From the NCBI GenBank assembly GCA_902617895.1, contig CACMYJ010000005.1, positions 25,588 to 89,587 on the forward strand: 64,000 nucleotides of DNA, written 5' to 3'. Made by a program: the position numbers and the translations under genes. The notes under the pieces were generated by a model. The model searched no databases. It saw only the letters and a program-made list of their open reading frames with translations, and was not told where the DNA came from. Shown here in pieces: positions 37,664-47,739 of this stretch (position 1 is its first letter; the number at the start of each line of letters is the position of its first letter). This DNA is from an uncultured Pelagibacteraceae bacterium. GTDB lineage: Bacteria > Pseudomonadota > Alphaproteobacteria > Pelagibacterales > Pelagibacteraceae.

Positions 37664-37787
37664 TATTTTCCCTCTCGGTTATGTTTTTCCAAATTTAAAC
37701 ATAAAGAGAAAAAAAATTCAAATAAAAGGCAGAAATAAAATTAGAAAAATAATTAGTTTATATAATTACAACTAAAAGTTGTATTGT

Positions 37788-38756
37788 TTAAACAACTTCT
37801 GATAAAAGAGGTTTTTGAGAGAAAAAACATTTTATATTTTTTACAGCCAACATACTCATAGCTAATCGAGTTTCATGTGTCGCACTACCAATATGAGGTA
37901 AGACAAAACAATTATCTAATTCTAAATATCTTTTATCTGGATTTGGTTCATTATTAAATACGTCAAGTCCAGCACCATATATTTTTTTGTTTTTCAAAGC
38001 TTCTATTAGTGCATCGTCATCTACGGTTGAGCCTCTTGATGTATTTATGAATACTGAATGTTTTGGAAATAATTTCAAAGTTTCTGAATTAATTATGTTT
38101 TTGGTTTCAGCAGTAGCAGGTGTATGTAAGCTTATATAATCACAATTAGGTAGCATAGATTTTAAATCTGAATAATAAGTAGCATCTTTCTCAAAATCTT
38201 TAGGTAATTTATTTCTATTGAAATAAATTACTTTCATTTTAAAAGCTCTTGCTCTTTCAGCTACGATCTGACCAATTCTTCCCATTCCTATGATGCCTAA
38301 AGTTTTTCCAGTAATTTCATTACCAACCATTAATTTAGTTATATCTGGTCTATGATCTTTCCAAGTATTGAACTTAACTAAATTATAAGCCTCACCAATT
38401 CTTCTTGCCGATGCTAAAATTAAAAGGATTGTTATTTCTGCTACAGCATCATTTAATACATTTGGTGTATTTGAAACTTTGATATTTTTTTCTTTAGCTG
38501 ATTGTGTATGAATATTGTCATATCCAACTCCAACATGACCAATAATTTTTAATTTTCCATTTAAACTATCAAAAAAATTTTTATCTAATTTATCAAAACT
38601 AGTAGAGATTAAACCATCATACTCATTAGCAAGTTTTATTAATTCCTCGTATGTGTAAGGTTTGTCTTCTAAATTAAGAGTTACATCAAATTCTTTTTTT
38701 AATATTTCTTCAGCGCCATCAGAAATTTTTCGAGAAACTAAAATTTTTGGTTTCAT
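37788..38756 (-). CDS. D-isomer 2-hydroxyacid dehydrogenase (glyoxylate/hydroxypyruvate or 2-ketogluconate reductase-like)
   Basis: GVGYDN, GMGRIG, INTSRG, GLDVF..EP, LPHIGSAT. Confidence 0.88.
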   Translation of the reverse strand: MKPKILVSRKISDGAEEILKKEFDVTLNLEDKPYTYEELIKLANEYDGLISTSFDKLDKNFFDSLNGKLKIIGHVGVGYDNIHTQSAKEKNIKVSNTPNVLNDAVAEITILLILASARRIGEAYNLVKFNTWKDHRPDITKLMVGNEITGKTLGIIGMGRIGQIVAERARAFKMKVIYFNRNKLPKDFEKDATYYSDLKSMLPNCDYISLHTPATAETKNIINSETLKLFPKHSVFINTSRGSTVDDDALIEALKNKKIYGAGLDVFNNEPNPDKRYLELDNCFVLPHIGSATHETRLAMSMLAVKNIKCFFSQKPLLSEVV

Positions 38757-40532
38757 CTAATGAGAGTTTCTTAGAACTCCTTTTGTTTTAGTGATATCTA
38801 AGTACTGATCTCTTGACATAATACACGCACCGTCTTCAAGTTGACCAACATTTGATCTAGATATTTCTTGCCACGGTGTTTGATTTGTAAGTTTCTTTAT
38901 CTTTTTCTTTTTTCTTCTTTTAATAAATTCAGACTTTGATATTTGAAGATCAACTCTTCTTTTATTTAGATCTATTGTCATTTTATCTCCTGTCTTAACA
39001 ATAGCTAAATCACCGCCGACAGCAGATTCTGGTGATACATGAAGAATAGATGGGCTTTCAGAGGTACCACTCTGTCTTCCATCTCCAAGAGTTGGAAGTG
39101 CATTAATGCCTTTTTTAAGTAGTCTATCAGGTGGTTGCATATTAACCACCTCAGCAGAACCAGGGTAGCCAACAGGTCCACAACCTCTTATTATTAAAAT
39201 TGAATTTTCATCAATATTTAACTTCTTACTATTAATCCTATGGTGATAATCCTCTGGACCCTCAAAAACTACTGCTTTACCTTTAAAAACATTAGGGTGC
39301 TTAGGATTTGATAAATATCTTTCTCTAAACTCTTTACTAATTACTGAGGTTTTCATAATTGCTGATGAAAAGAAATTTCCTTTCATAATTAGAAACCCAG
39401 CCTTATCAGTCAAATTATTTTTAAATGTTTTAATAACATCTCTATCTACATCGATTTTTTTTCTTAAATTTTGTGCAACTGTTTTACCAGTTACAGTAAT
39501 TAGATTTTGGTGAATTTTATTATTCTTCATTAATTCTTTCATGATTGCTGGTATACCTCCAGCTCTGTAAAAACCTTCCATTAAATGTTCTCCTGCAGGT
39601 TGGCAGTTTGCTAATAAAGGTATTTTGTGTCCAAGCTTTTGCCAATTAGATAAATCAAATTTTACACCCATATGTTTTGCGATAGCAATTAAATGTGTTG
39701 TACAATTACTAGAAGCTCCTATAGCACTTGCAACTATTACTGCATTTTCAAAAGCTTTCTTTGTCATAATTTTTGAAGGAGTTAAATCTTCGTGAACCAT
39801 TTTTACAATTCTAGATCCAGTCTCAAAAGAAATTTGTTCTCTTTCTCTATAAGGAGCAGGTATCACTGCGCATCCTGGTAAAGACATTCCCAATGCCTCA
39901 GCAACAGAATTCATTGAGGAAGCTGTTCCCATCGTATTACAGTGACCAGGACTTGGAGAAGAGGCTGCTGCCATATCCATAAATTCTTCGTAATTAATTT
40001 CTCCCTTAGCATGCAATCTTCTTGCTTCCCAAATAATGGTTCCAGCTCCAGCTTTTTTGCCCTTATAATTTCCATCAAGCATTGGACCACCAGATAAAAC
40101 AATTGCAGGAATATTTACTGTAGCAGCTGCCATTAACGCTGCTGGGGTAGTTTTATCACATCCAGTAGTAAGTATAACTCCATCAAGTGGGTATCCATAA
40201 AGTATCTCAACTAAAGACAAATATGATAAATTTCTGTCCAACATTGCAGTAGGCTTTTTTCCAGTTTCTTGAATTGGGTGAGTAGGAAATTCCATCGGAA
40301 TACCACCTGCTCTTCTAATTCCATCTTTAATTCTTTTACTTAAATCCAAAAAATGTCTGTTACATGGAGATAAATCACTCCCTGATTGGGCTATTCCAAT
40401 TATTGGATTTCCTGATTGAAGTTCTTTTCTTGTAAGACCATAATTTAGATATCTTTCTAAATACATGGCTGTCATGCCTGGATCTTTTGGGTCATCAAAC
40501 CATTGTTTGCTTCTTAAATTCTTCTTTTTCAT
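38757..40532 (-). CDS. xylD: IlvD/Edd family sugar-acid dehydratase, D-xylonate dehydratase-like
   Basis: RS..WFD.P....MTA.YLERY.NYG, PCN, GCDKT, HCNTMGTA, DGRQSGT, terminal His; resembles Caulobacter XylD from recall. Confidence 0.8.
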   Translation of the reverse strand: MKKKNLRSKQWFDDPKDPGMTAMYLERYLNYGLTRKELQSGNPIIGIAQSGSDLSPCNRHFLDLSKRIKDGIRRAGGIPMEFPTHPIQETGKKPTAMLDRNLSYLSLVEILYGYPLDGVILTTGCDKTTPAALMAAATVNIPAIVLSGGPMLDGNYKGKKAGAGTIIWEARRLHAKGEINYEEFMDMAAASSPSPGHCNTMGTASSMNSVAEALGMSLPGCAVIPAPYREREQISFETGSRIVKMVHEDLTPSKIMTKKAFENAVIVASAIGASSNCTTHLIAIAKHMGVKFDLSNWQKLGHKIPLLANCQPAGEHLMEGFYRAGGIPAIMKELMKNNKIHQNLITVTGKTVAQNLRKKIDVDRDVIKTFKNNLTDKAGFLIMKGNFFSSAIMKTSVISKEFRERYLSNPKHPNVFKGKAVVFEGPEDYHHRINSKKLNIDENSILIIRGCGPVGYPGSAEVVNMQPPDRLLKKGINALPTLGDGRQSGTSESPSILHVSPESAVGGDLAIVKTGDKMTIDLNKRRVDLQISKSEFIKRRKKKKIKKLTNQTPWQEISRSNVGQLEDGACIMSRDQYLDITKTKGVLRNSH

Positions 40533-40579
40533 AAAATAATAAAATATATTATAATGATATATAAAACCTAAATTAAAAA

Positions 40580-42085
40580 ATGAATAGTCTAATTGTACTC
40601 AATAAAAATGATAATGTAGGCGTAAGTCAATTTATTATACCAGAAAAAACGAAAATTAATGGTCAAGACATAAGCACTATTGATCCTATACCATTTGGAC
40701 ACAAAGTTTGTTTAAAACCCATAAACAAAGGTGATCCTATAATTAAGTATGATCAGATAATTGGATTTGCGTCAAAAAATATTACTGCTGGTGAACATGT
40801 TCACTCTCATAATTTAGAATTCAAAGAATTTGATAGAAAGTTTCAAGTACAGAATAAAAAAACAATTGTTGATGAAAAAGTTGATACCTTTTTCAATGGA
40901 ATATTAAGAGATAACGGTCAAGTAGCTACCAGAAATTATATAGGTATCGTTAGTACAGTTAACTGTTCAGCAACTGTAACTAAAATGATTGTTGAAAAAA
41001 TAAAATATTCTAACATTCTAAATGATTATCCTAATATTGATGGCATAGTTCCTATTACTCACTCAACTGGATGTGGAATGAATACTGTAAGCGAAGGAAT
41101 GCAAATGTTTCAAAGAACAATTGATGGTTTTAAGAACCATCCAAATTTTTCTCATGTATTTGTTATTGGCTTAGGTTGTGAATGTGCTCAAGTGAGTTTG
41201 TTTGATGAGTCTGTAAAAAAACATAATAGAATTCATTTTTTAACAATTCAGGACGAAGGTGGAACCAAAAAAATTGTCGAAAAAGTTCTATCACAAATAA
41301 AAAATTTATTACCTGAGGCTAACAAAATTGAAAGAACTCCACAGTCTGTTGGTCATTTAACTTTAGCTCTTCAATGTGGAGGTTCAGATGGATATTCTGG
41401 TATTACTGCTAATCCAGCTTTAGGTGTTGCAGCTGATTTATTAGTTAAAAAAGGTGGAAGTTCAATATTATCTGAAACTCCTGAAATTTATGGAGCTGAG
41501 CATCTTCTAATTAACAGAGCAAACAGTCAAAAAACTGCAGATAAATTAATTGAAAGATTAAAATGGTGGAAAAACTATACATCGATAAATAACAGCACCA
41601 TGGATAATAATCCTGCTCCTGGTAATAAACGAGGTGGATTAACTACGATATTGGAAAAATCACTTGGTGCAGTAGCTAAAGGTGGTAAATCAATTTTAGA
41701 AGATGTGCTTGAATATGCAGAACCATTAAAAAATAAAGGTTTTAATTTTATGGACTCTCCAGGGTATGACCCAGTGTCTGTAACAGGTCAAGTTGCTTCA
41801 GGTGCAAATGTAATTTGTTTTACAACAGGTAGAGGTTCATGTTTTGGATGTAAACCTGTTCCAAGTTTAAAATTATCTACAAATACTGCGATGTATGAAA
41901 AAATGGAAGAAGATATGGATATAAATTGTGGGACTATTGCAGAAGGTAAAGAAGACATTGAAAAAGTTGGAAATAGAGTATTTGATCTAGTTGTAAACAC
42001 TGCTTCAGGAAATAAATCGAAAAGTGAAATTAACGGCTACGGTGACGAGGAGTTTAACCCTTGGCAAGTAGGCGTGGTGATGTAA
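40580..42085 (+). CDS. UxaA/GarD family altronate or galactarate dehydratase
   Basis: N-terminal SAF domain (IPFGHK..HVHSHN), TRNY, GLGCE, CGGSD, EKSLG. Confidence 0.9.
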   Translation: MNSLIVLNKNDNVGVSQFIIPEKTKINGQDISTIDPIPFGHKVCLKPINKGDPIIKYDQIIGFASKNITAGEHVHSHNLEFKEFDRKFQVQNKKTIVDEKVDTFFNGILRDNGQVATRNYIGIVSTVNCSATVTKMIVEKIKYSNILNDYPNIDGIVPITHSTGCGMNTVSEGMQMFQRTIDGFKNHPNFSHVFVIGLGCECAQVSLFDESVKKHNRIHFLTIQDEGGTKKIVEKVLSQIKNLLPEANKIERTPQSVGHLTLALQCGGSDGYSGITANPALGVAADLLVKKGGSSILSETPEIYGAEHLLINRANSQKTADKLIERLKWWKNYTSINNSTMDNNPAPGNKRGGLTTILEKSLGAVAKGGKSILEDVLEYAEPLKNKGFNFMDSPGYDPVSVTGQVASGANVICFTTGRGSCFGCKPVPSLKLSTNTAMYEKMEEDMDINCGTIAEGKEDIEKVGNRVFDLVVNTASGNKSKSEINGYGDEEFNPWQVGVVM

Positions 42086-42113
42086 CTTTTTGATAAATTT
42101 TTCATAAATTATC

Positions 42114-42998
42114 ATGTCAAAAAATCAAAAAGCCTCTTTAATTAAGGTTATTTTTCTATCAGCTTCAGGGTTTTTTTTATTTGTTTGTATGGACTCAACT
42201 GCAAAATATTTAGGAAATGTTATGCCAGTTACACAAGCTGTGTGGGGAAGATTTTTTTTTCACTTTGTCGCTCTTTGTGTCTATTTCGTAGTCTTTAAGC
42301 CAAAGCTAAATTTAACTAGAAATTTTAAAATTCAAATTATTAGGTCATTGTTAATGGTTACAGCAACTTTTTTTATGTTCAACTCTTTACAAAGATTTGA
42401 TTTGGTTGACATATACGTAGTTTTTTTTAGCGCTCCATTAATCGTTTCACTTTTATCAGCATATTTTTTAAAAGATATATTGTCTCCTAAAGGTATAATT
42501 TTGATGTTGCTAAGTTTTGGATCAATTATTTACGCTCTAGGACCCAGTATGAAAATATTATCGCCAGAATTAATCTTTCCTATTGTGCCACCACTATGTT
42601 GGGCACTTTACCAATTTTTTACAAAGCTTATTTCAGGAAACAATGAACCTTTCTCTGCAGTTTTTTATACGGCAGTTACTGGTGCCTTGATATTTACAAT
42701 TTATATTTCATTCAATTGGGTACCAATTGAAAAAAATATTTATTGGATTGGTTTAGTTGCTATGGGAATATTTGGTTTTATAAGTCATTTTATAATTATT
42801 TATGCAATTCAATTATCTAATTTGTCATTTGTAACTAATTTTCAGTATTCTCAGTTGCTTTGGTCAACAATAATTAATTTCTTAATTTTTGGGGTTCCCG
42901 CAGATATAAGTAAAATAGTTGGTCTTATTGGAATTATCATTTTTGGAGTTTTGTTTATTAGAGTTGAGGGCACAAAGAAGGTTAAAAAAATTAATTAA
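42114..42998 (+). CDS. EamA/DMT family transporter
   Basis: About 10 TM segments; duplicated EamA pattern. Confidence 0.82.
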   Translation: MSKNQKASLIKVIFLSASGFFLFVCMDSTAKYLGNVMPVTQAVWGRFFFHFVALCVYFVVFKPKLNLTRNFKIQIIRSLLMVTATFFMFNSLQRFDLVDIYVVFFSAPLIVSLLSAYFLKDILSPKGIILMLLSFGSIIYALGPSMKILSPELIFPIVPPLCWALYQFFTKLISGNNEPFSAVFYTAVTGALIFTIYISFNWVPIEKNIYWIGLVAMGIFGFISHFIIIYAIQLSNLSFVTNFQYSQLLWSTIINFLIFGVPADISKIVGLIGIIIFGVLFIRVEGTKKVKKIN

Positions 42999-44031
42999 TT
43001 CTTATTTTTTTACCTGATTGAGAACTTTTGTTTATTGCATCAAAAATTATTAAAGAATTTAATCCATCCTTACCAGTCACTTTTGGTTTTTCTTTTTTTA
43101 AAACTACTCTAGAAAAATGATCTATCTGATTAATTAGAGTTTCATTACTTTTTTGAACTTTAATTTTATTATTTAAAATATTATTCCACCAACTTCTTTC
43201 TTTTTTATAGTACCATAACTTTAAATTTGGAAATTGAACAGAGCCTCTTGTTCCTCCAATAAAATACGAAGATTGGTCAGTTATTGGATAGGCAGGATTT
43301 TCTCCAGCTGTTAATTCATAGCTCCATGGTGAAGTTATAGTATCAGATACATTTAGAGTACATAAAGTTCCAGATTTAAAAAATAAATTTACTGAAGCTG
43401 TATCCTCAACCTTATATTTCCTAATATTATTTGATTTAAATGCCTGAACATACTTAACAGGACCAAGTAAATAACAAATCATATCAATATCATGAACTAA
43501 ATTAATACCTAATGGGCCACCACCTTCTCTTACTCTCCATTTTTCATTAAAATATTTTTTATGTTTATATAGCCAGCATAAAATATTTGCAGATACAATT
43601 TTTCCAAGTTTTTTATTTTCTATTATTTTTTTAACTTTATTAACAATTGAATTATGGCGTCTATGATATCCTATCAGTAATGAAGTTTTATTTGAGCGTG
43701 CACTATTAATTATTTTTTTTGCTGATTTAATATTATCTGAAATCGGCTTTTCTAATAATACAGGAATTTTAGATTTCAAAAATCGAACAGTATCAGTTTC
43801 GTGTAGAACATTAGGTGTTGCAATTATTACTGCATCGGGTTTATCTTTTGCTAATAAAGTTTTGATATTTTTATAAAGTGGTACATTGAATTTTTTAGAT
43901 AATTCTATCCCAGTTTTTTTTATTTCAACAATTGAGTGAAGAGATGCTAATTTTGATTTTTGGATAGCTTTAATATGTTGAAGTCCCATTAAACCTATTC
44001 CAACAACAGATATTTTAATTTTCTTAGACAC
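42991..44031 (-). CDS. Gfo/Idh/MocA oxidoreductase; GTG start
   Basis: VVGIGLMG, LEKP, GYHRRHN, INLVHDID. Confidence 0.88.
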   Translation of the reverse strand: MSKKIKISVVGIGLMGLQHIKAIQKSKLASLHSIVEIKKTGIELSKKFNVPLYKNIKTLLAKDKPDAVIIATPNVLHETDTVRFLKSKIPVLLEKPISDNIKSAKKIINSARSNKTSLLIGYHRRHNSIVNKVKKIIENKKLGKIVSANILCWLYKHKKYFNEKWRVREGGGPLGINLVHDIDMICYLLGPVKYVQAFKSNNIRKYKVEDTASVNLFFKSGTLCTLNVSDTITSPWSYELTAGENPAYPITDQSSYFIGGTRGSVQFPNLKLWYYKKERSWWNNILNNKIKVQKSNETLINQIDHFSRVVLKKEKPKVTGKDGLNSLIIFDAINKSSQSGKKIRIN

Positions 44032-44042
44032 TTATATAAATT

Positions 44043-44804
44043 TTAAGTGATACCTGCGTCTATAATAAAGTTTTGTTTCGTACATCCTGACGACACATCA
44101 GATGAAAGATGAACAACTAAACTTGCCACATCATCAGGTTTAAGCTGTCTCTTCAAGCACTGTTTATCAAGAATAAATTTTTTATACTTTGGAGTTAGCC
44201 AATGCTTTATTTGTCTCTCAGTAGCAATTGATCCAGGAGTAACTGAGTTGCATCTAATATTATATTTACCAAATTCTCTCGCAAAAGATCTAGTCAGACC
44301 AATAACAGCAGACTTTGCTGTCTCGTAAGCAACTTTATCACCCTCACCCAACATCCATGAAACTGAACTTAAATTTACGATAGCTCCACCTTTATTTTTA
44401 ATCATTCCCTTTAAAACTGCTTTAATTGAAAAGAAAAAATGTTTTAAATTCACATCCATTCTATTATTCCAATATTTTTCATCTACTTGATCTGTGGAGT
44501 GTCTGTCATCATTAGCTGCATTATTTATTAAAATATCGATAGGACCTTTTGATTTAATTATTTTTTGAATGATAGTTTGTAATTTTTTAATTTTAATAAG
44601 ATTACATTCAATAAAATGAGGTGCTTTAAGACCTTTTTTTTTAAGATCTTTAATTAATTTATTTGAGTCTTTCTTATTGATATCAACAAAATAAACATCA
44701 CATTCCTGTTCACAAAAATGTTCAACTATTGAAGCTCCAATTCCTGAGCCACCTCCAGTAATAAAAACTTTTTTATTTTTTAAGTCAAAATATTTTACTT
44801 TCAT
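44043..44804 (-). CDS. xylB: SDR aldose dehydrogenase, Caulobacter XylB-like D-xylose 1-dehydrogenase
   Basis: ITGGGSGIG, NNAANDDRH, YETAK, TERQ..W, QCLK; resembles XylB from recall. Confidence 0.75.
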   Translation of the reverse strand: MKVKYFDLKNKKVFITGGGSGIGASIVEHFCEQECDVYFVDINKKDSNKLIKDLKKKGLKAPHFIECNLIKIKKLQTIIQKIIKSKGPIDILINNAANDDRHSTDQVDEKYWNNRMDVNLKHFFFSIKAVLKGMIKNKGGAIVNLSSVSWMLGEGDKVAYETAKSAVIGLTRSFAREFGKYNIRCNSVTPGSIATERQIKHWLTPKYKKFILDKQCLKRQLKPDDVASLVVHLSSDVSSGCTKQNFIIDAGIT

Positions 44805-45899
44805 CTAAATTCTCTCCTCTGTTTTAGCATCAAACAATGAAATTTGAGTTAAATCAAAGAATAATTTTGTATTTTTTGATAGATCTATTTTTACTGTTGA
44901 TGGAAACTTAGCTAACACCTCTTGATTTTCAAAATTAAAAGTCATTATCTGTTCATGTCCAATATATTCACTTAAATCTGCTCTTAAATTAATCTCAAAG
45001 TCCTCTTCATTAGATTTTTTAAAAAATATATGTTCTGGTCTTATTCCAAAAAAAACCTCTTTATTATCTAAATTAGATTTTTTTTTGAAATCATATCCAT
45101 TTATCGGTATTTCAATATTTGATCCATGGGTAACGAATGAAACTTTATTTGAACTCTCTTTTAGATTGCCTTTTATTAAATTCATTGATGGAGAGCCTAT
45201 GAAGTCTGCCACAAAAGTATTACTAGGTTTATTATAAATATTTTCAGGCGTATCATTTTGCTGAATAACACCATGATTCATAATTGCAATATTTGTACCT
45301 AAACTCATAGCTTCTGTTTGATCGTGGGTTACATAAACTACTGTTGTTTTAAGTTGCTGATGAAGTTTTTTAATTTCCCGTCTCATCTCAACTCTTAATT
45401 TTGCATCTAAATTTGATAAAGGTTCGTCGAATAAAAATATTCTTGGTTCTCTAACTAGTGCTCTGCCTATTGCAACACGCTGTCTTTGTCCACCTGATAA
45501 TTGTGATGGCTTTCTCTCTAACAAAGCATCTACTTGTAAAAATTTTGATACTTTTTCCAATTGCTCTTCGATTTTCTCCTTAGAAACTTTAGCTTGTTTA
45601 AGACCAAAGATCATATTTTCGCGTACATTCATTGATGGGTACAAAGCATAAGATTGAAATACCATTGCAATATTTCTGTCTTTTGGCTCAACTTTACTTA
45701 CATTGTAATCATCTATATGAACATTTCCCTCATTAATAGTTTCTAATCCTGCAATAATATTTAATAGCGTAGATTTTCCACATCCAGAAGGACCTAAAAG
45801 AACTAAGAAATTACCTTCATCTATCTCTAAATTAATTTTCCTCAAAACCTCAGTTGATCCAAAGTTCTTTGATAATTCTTCAATTTTTAATGTTTTCAT
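44805..45899 (-). CDS. Sugar ABC ATP-binding protein (MalK-like)
   Basis: GPSGCGKST, MVFQSYALYP, LSGGQRQR, GIRPEH. Confidence 0.93.
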   Translation of the reverse strand: MKTLKIEELSKNFGSTEVLRKINLEIDEGNFLVLLGPSGCGKSTLLNIIAGLETINEGNVHIDDYNVSKVEPKDRNIAMVFQSYALYPSMNVRENMIFGLKQAKVSKEKIEEQLEKVSKFLQVDALLERKPSQLSGGQRQRVAIGRALVREPRIFLFDEPLSNLDAKLRVEMRREIKKLHQQLKTTVVYVTHDQTEAMSLGTNIAIMNHGVIQQNDTPENIYNKPSNTFVADFIGSPSMNLIKGNLKESSNKVSFVTHGSNIEIPINGYDFKKKSNLDNKEVFFGIRPEHIFFKKSNEEDFEINLRADLSEYIGHEQIMTFNFENQEVLAKFPSTVKIDLSKNTKLFFDLTQISLFDAKTEERI

Positions 45900-45901
45900 T
45901 T

Positions 45902-46804
45902 TTAACCTTTTACTGCTCCTGAAGTTAATCCTCTAATAAAATATTTCCCTGCTAAGACATATACTATAAGTGTTGGAATTCCTGCAATAATAGCAGATGC
46001 CATATCAACATTATATTCTTTAACACTAGTACTTGATAAAACCATATTGTTTAAAGCAACTTGTATTGGCGCTGCCTCTCCAAATGAAAATGTTGAGCCA
46101 AACAAAAAGTCGTTCCAAATTTGTGTGAATTGCCAGATTATTGTTACTACGATAATTGGTGTTGATACTGGAAGTAAAATTTTAAAAAATATTTTAAAAA
46201 ATCCTGCTCCATCTATTCTAGCAGCTTTTACTAATTCGGAAGGAATAGAAACATAAAAATTTCTAAAAAATAAAGTTGTAAATGGAATTCCATAAACTGT
46301 ATGAACTAAAACAAGTCCAATTACAGAATTCGATATTCCTAGAACTCCAAGAGTTCTAGCCATAGGTAATAAGATTGCTTGATAAGGGATGAAGCAACCA
46401 AATAACAGGAAAAGGAAAACCCATTTATCTCCCTTGAACCTCCATTTTGTTAAAACATATCCCGCCATCGCACCAATAAAAGTAGAAAAGAATACTGCTG
46501 GAACAACCATTTTAATTGAATTCCAAAAATATGGTTTTAAGAAAGTATCACCTGCACCATATCCTCTTCCACCCCATGCAACTAACCAAGAGTCAAAATT
46601 TAATCCACTTGGCCAAGTTAAAAGTGTTCCTTGACGGATTTCCTCCATTGTTTTTAATGAAGTAACAACCATTACATATAAGGGAAAAATAAAATACAAA
46701 GCAAAAATTACTAAAACAAAATATAAAAACCATCTCAAAAACATATTTGTATATTTAGATTTTTGTTCAAGCTGTTTATATGAAGAGTATGTTTTATCTT
46801 GCAT
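45902..46804 (-). CDS. Sugar ABC permease
   Basis: KAARIDGAGFF, WQFTQIWNDFLFG. Confidence 0.9.
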   Translation of the reverse strand: MQDKTYSSYKQLEQKSKYTNMFLRWFLYFVLVIFALYFIFPLYVMVVTSLKTMEEIRQGTLLTWPSGLNFDSWLVAWGGRGYGAGDTFLKPYFWNSIKMVVPAVFFSTFIGAMAGYVLTKWRFKGDKWVFLFLLFGCFIPYQAILLPMARTLGVLGISNSVIGLVLVHTVYGIPFTTLFFRNFYVSIPSELVKAARIDGAGFFKIFFKILLPVSTPIIVVTIIWQFTQIWNDFLFGSTFSFGEAAPIQVALNNMVLSSTSVKEYNVDMASAIIAGIPTLIVYVLAGKYFIRGLTSGAVKG

Positions 46805-47669
46805 TTTCTCTCCTCAATTCAGAATATAAATAAGGTATAATCACAGCTGCTACTGCCATAAACATCATCATCGCACTTGCTGCTGACAAACCAACTTGAC
46901 TTTTGTGAAATGCTGTCTGAGTCATATATAACGCAGGCATTGTAGTAGATATACCTGGACCACCCTGGGTTAATGCAACAATAAGATCATAACTTTTAAT
47001 TGATATATGAACCAAAATTACAAAACTTGTAAAAAAAACTGGTCTCATCATTGGAAGTAGAATTTTCCAATAAACTGTAAATAAATTTGCACCATCTATT
47101 TTGGCTGCTTTAACAATTTCATCTTCAACTGATCTCAACCCGGCTAGAAATAATGCCATTACAAATCCTGCAGATTGCCAAACACCTGCAATCACAATGG
47201 TGTAGATTGCCATTTCTCTATTAACCAACCAATCAAAAGTAAAGTTTTCAAATCCCCAGTCGATAAACATTTTTTGGATACCAAGTGTGGGATTTAAAAT
47301 CCATTTCCAAGCTGTTCCTGTAACGATAAATGATAAAGCCATAGGATATAGGTAAATAGTTCTCAAGACGCCTTCCGCCCTAATTTTTTGATCTAGAAAT
47401 ATTGCAAGAATAATGCCAATCACTACACAAAAAATTAAGAATAAGGCTGTGAAAATCAGAAGGTTATCAACTGCAATAAGCCATTTTCTAGAACCCCAAA
47501 GTTTAACATATTGACCTACTCCCCAAAGCTCATACTTGGGTAATATTTTTGAATTTGTAAAAGATATATATAATGTCCAAAGTACAAAACCATAAACAAA
47601 CCAACCAATTAATCCAACAGCAGGGGCCATTACGATTTTAGGTAGGTTTTTTTCTAGCCACTTGAGCAT
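46794..47669 (-). CDS. Sugar ABC permease
   Basis: LYPMALSFIVTG, KAAKIDGA. Confidence 0.9.
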   Translation of the reverse strand: MLKWLEKNLPKIVMAPAVGLIGWFVYGFVLWTLYISFTNSKILPKYELWGVGQYVKLWGSRKWLIAVDNLLIFTALFLIFCVVIGIILAIFLDQKIRAEGVLRTIYLYPMALSFIVTGTAWKWILNPTLGIQKMFIDWGFENFTFDWLVNREMAIYTIVIAGVWQSAGFVMALFLAGLRSVEDEIVKAAKIDGANLFTVYWKILLPMMRPVFFTSFVILVHISIKSYDLIVALTQGGPGISTTMPALYMTQTAFHKSQVGLSAASAMMMFMAVAAVIIPYLYSELRRENAR

Positions 47670-47700
47670 TATAAATATTTTCTAATTTTGATTAAAAAAA

Positions 47701-47727
47701 AAGGCCACCTAAAAATTAGGTGGCCTT
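47701..47727 (-). terminator. Stem-loop or terminator after the glucose-type SBP
   Basis: AAGGCCACCTAA-AAA-TTAGGTGGCCTT with a T-run on the minus strand. Confidence 0.75.
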
Positions 47728-47739
47728 AATTTTTGTATT

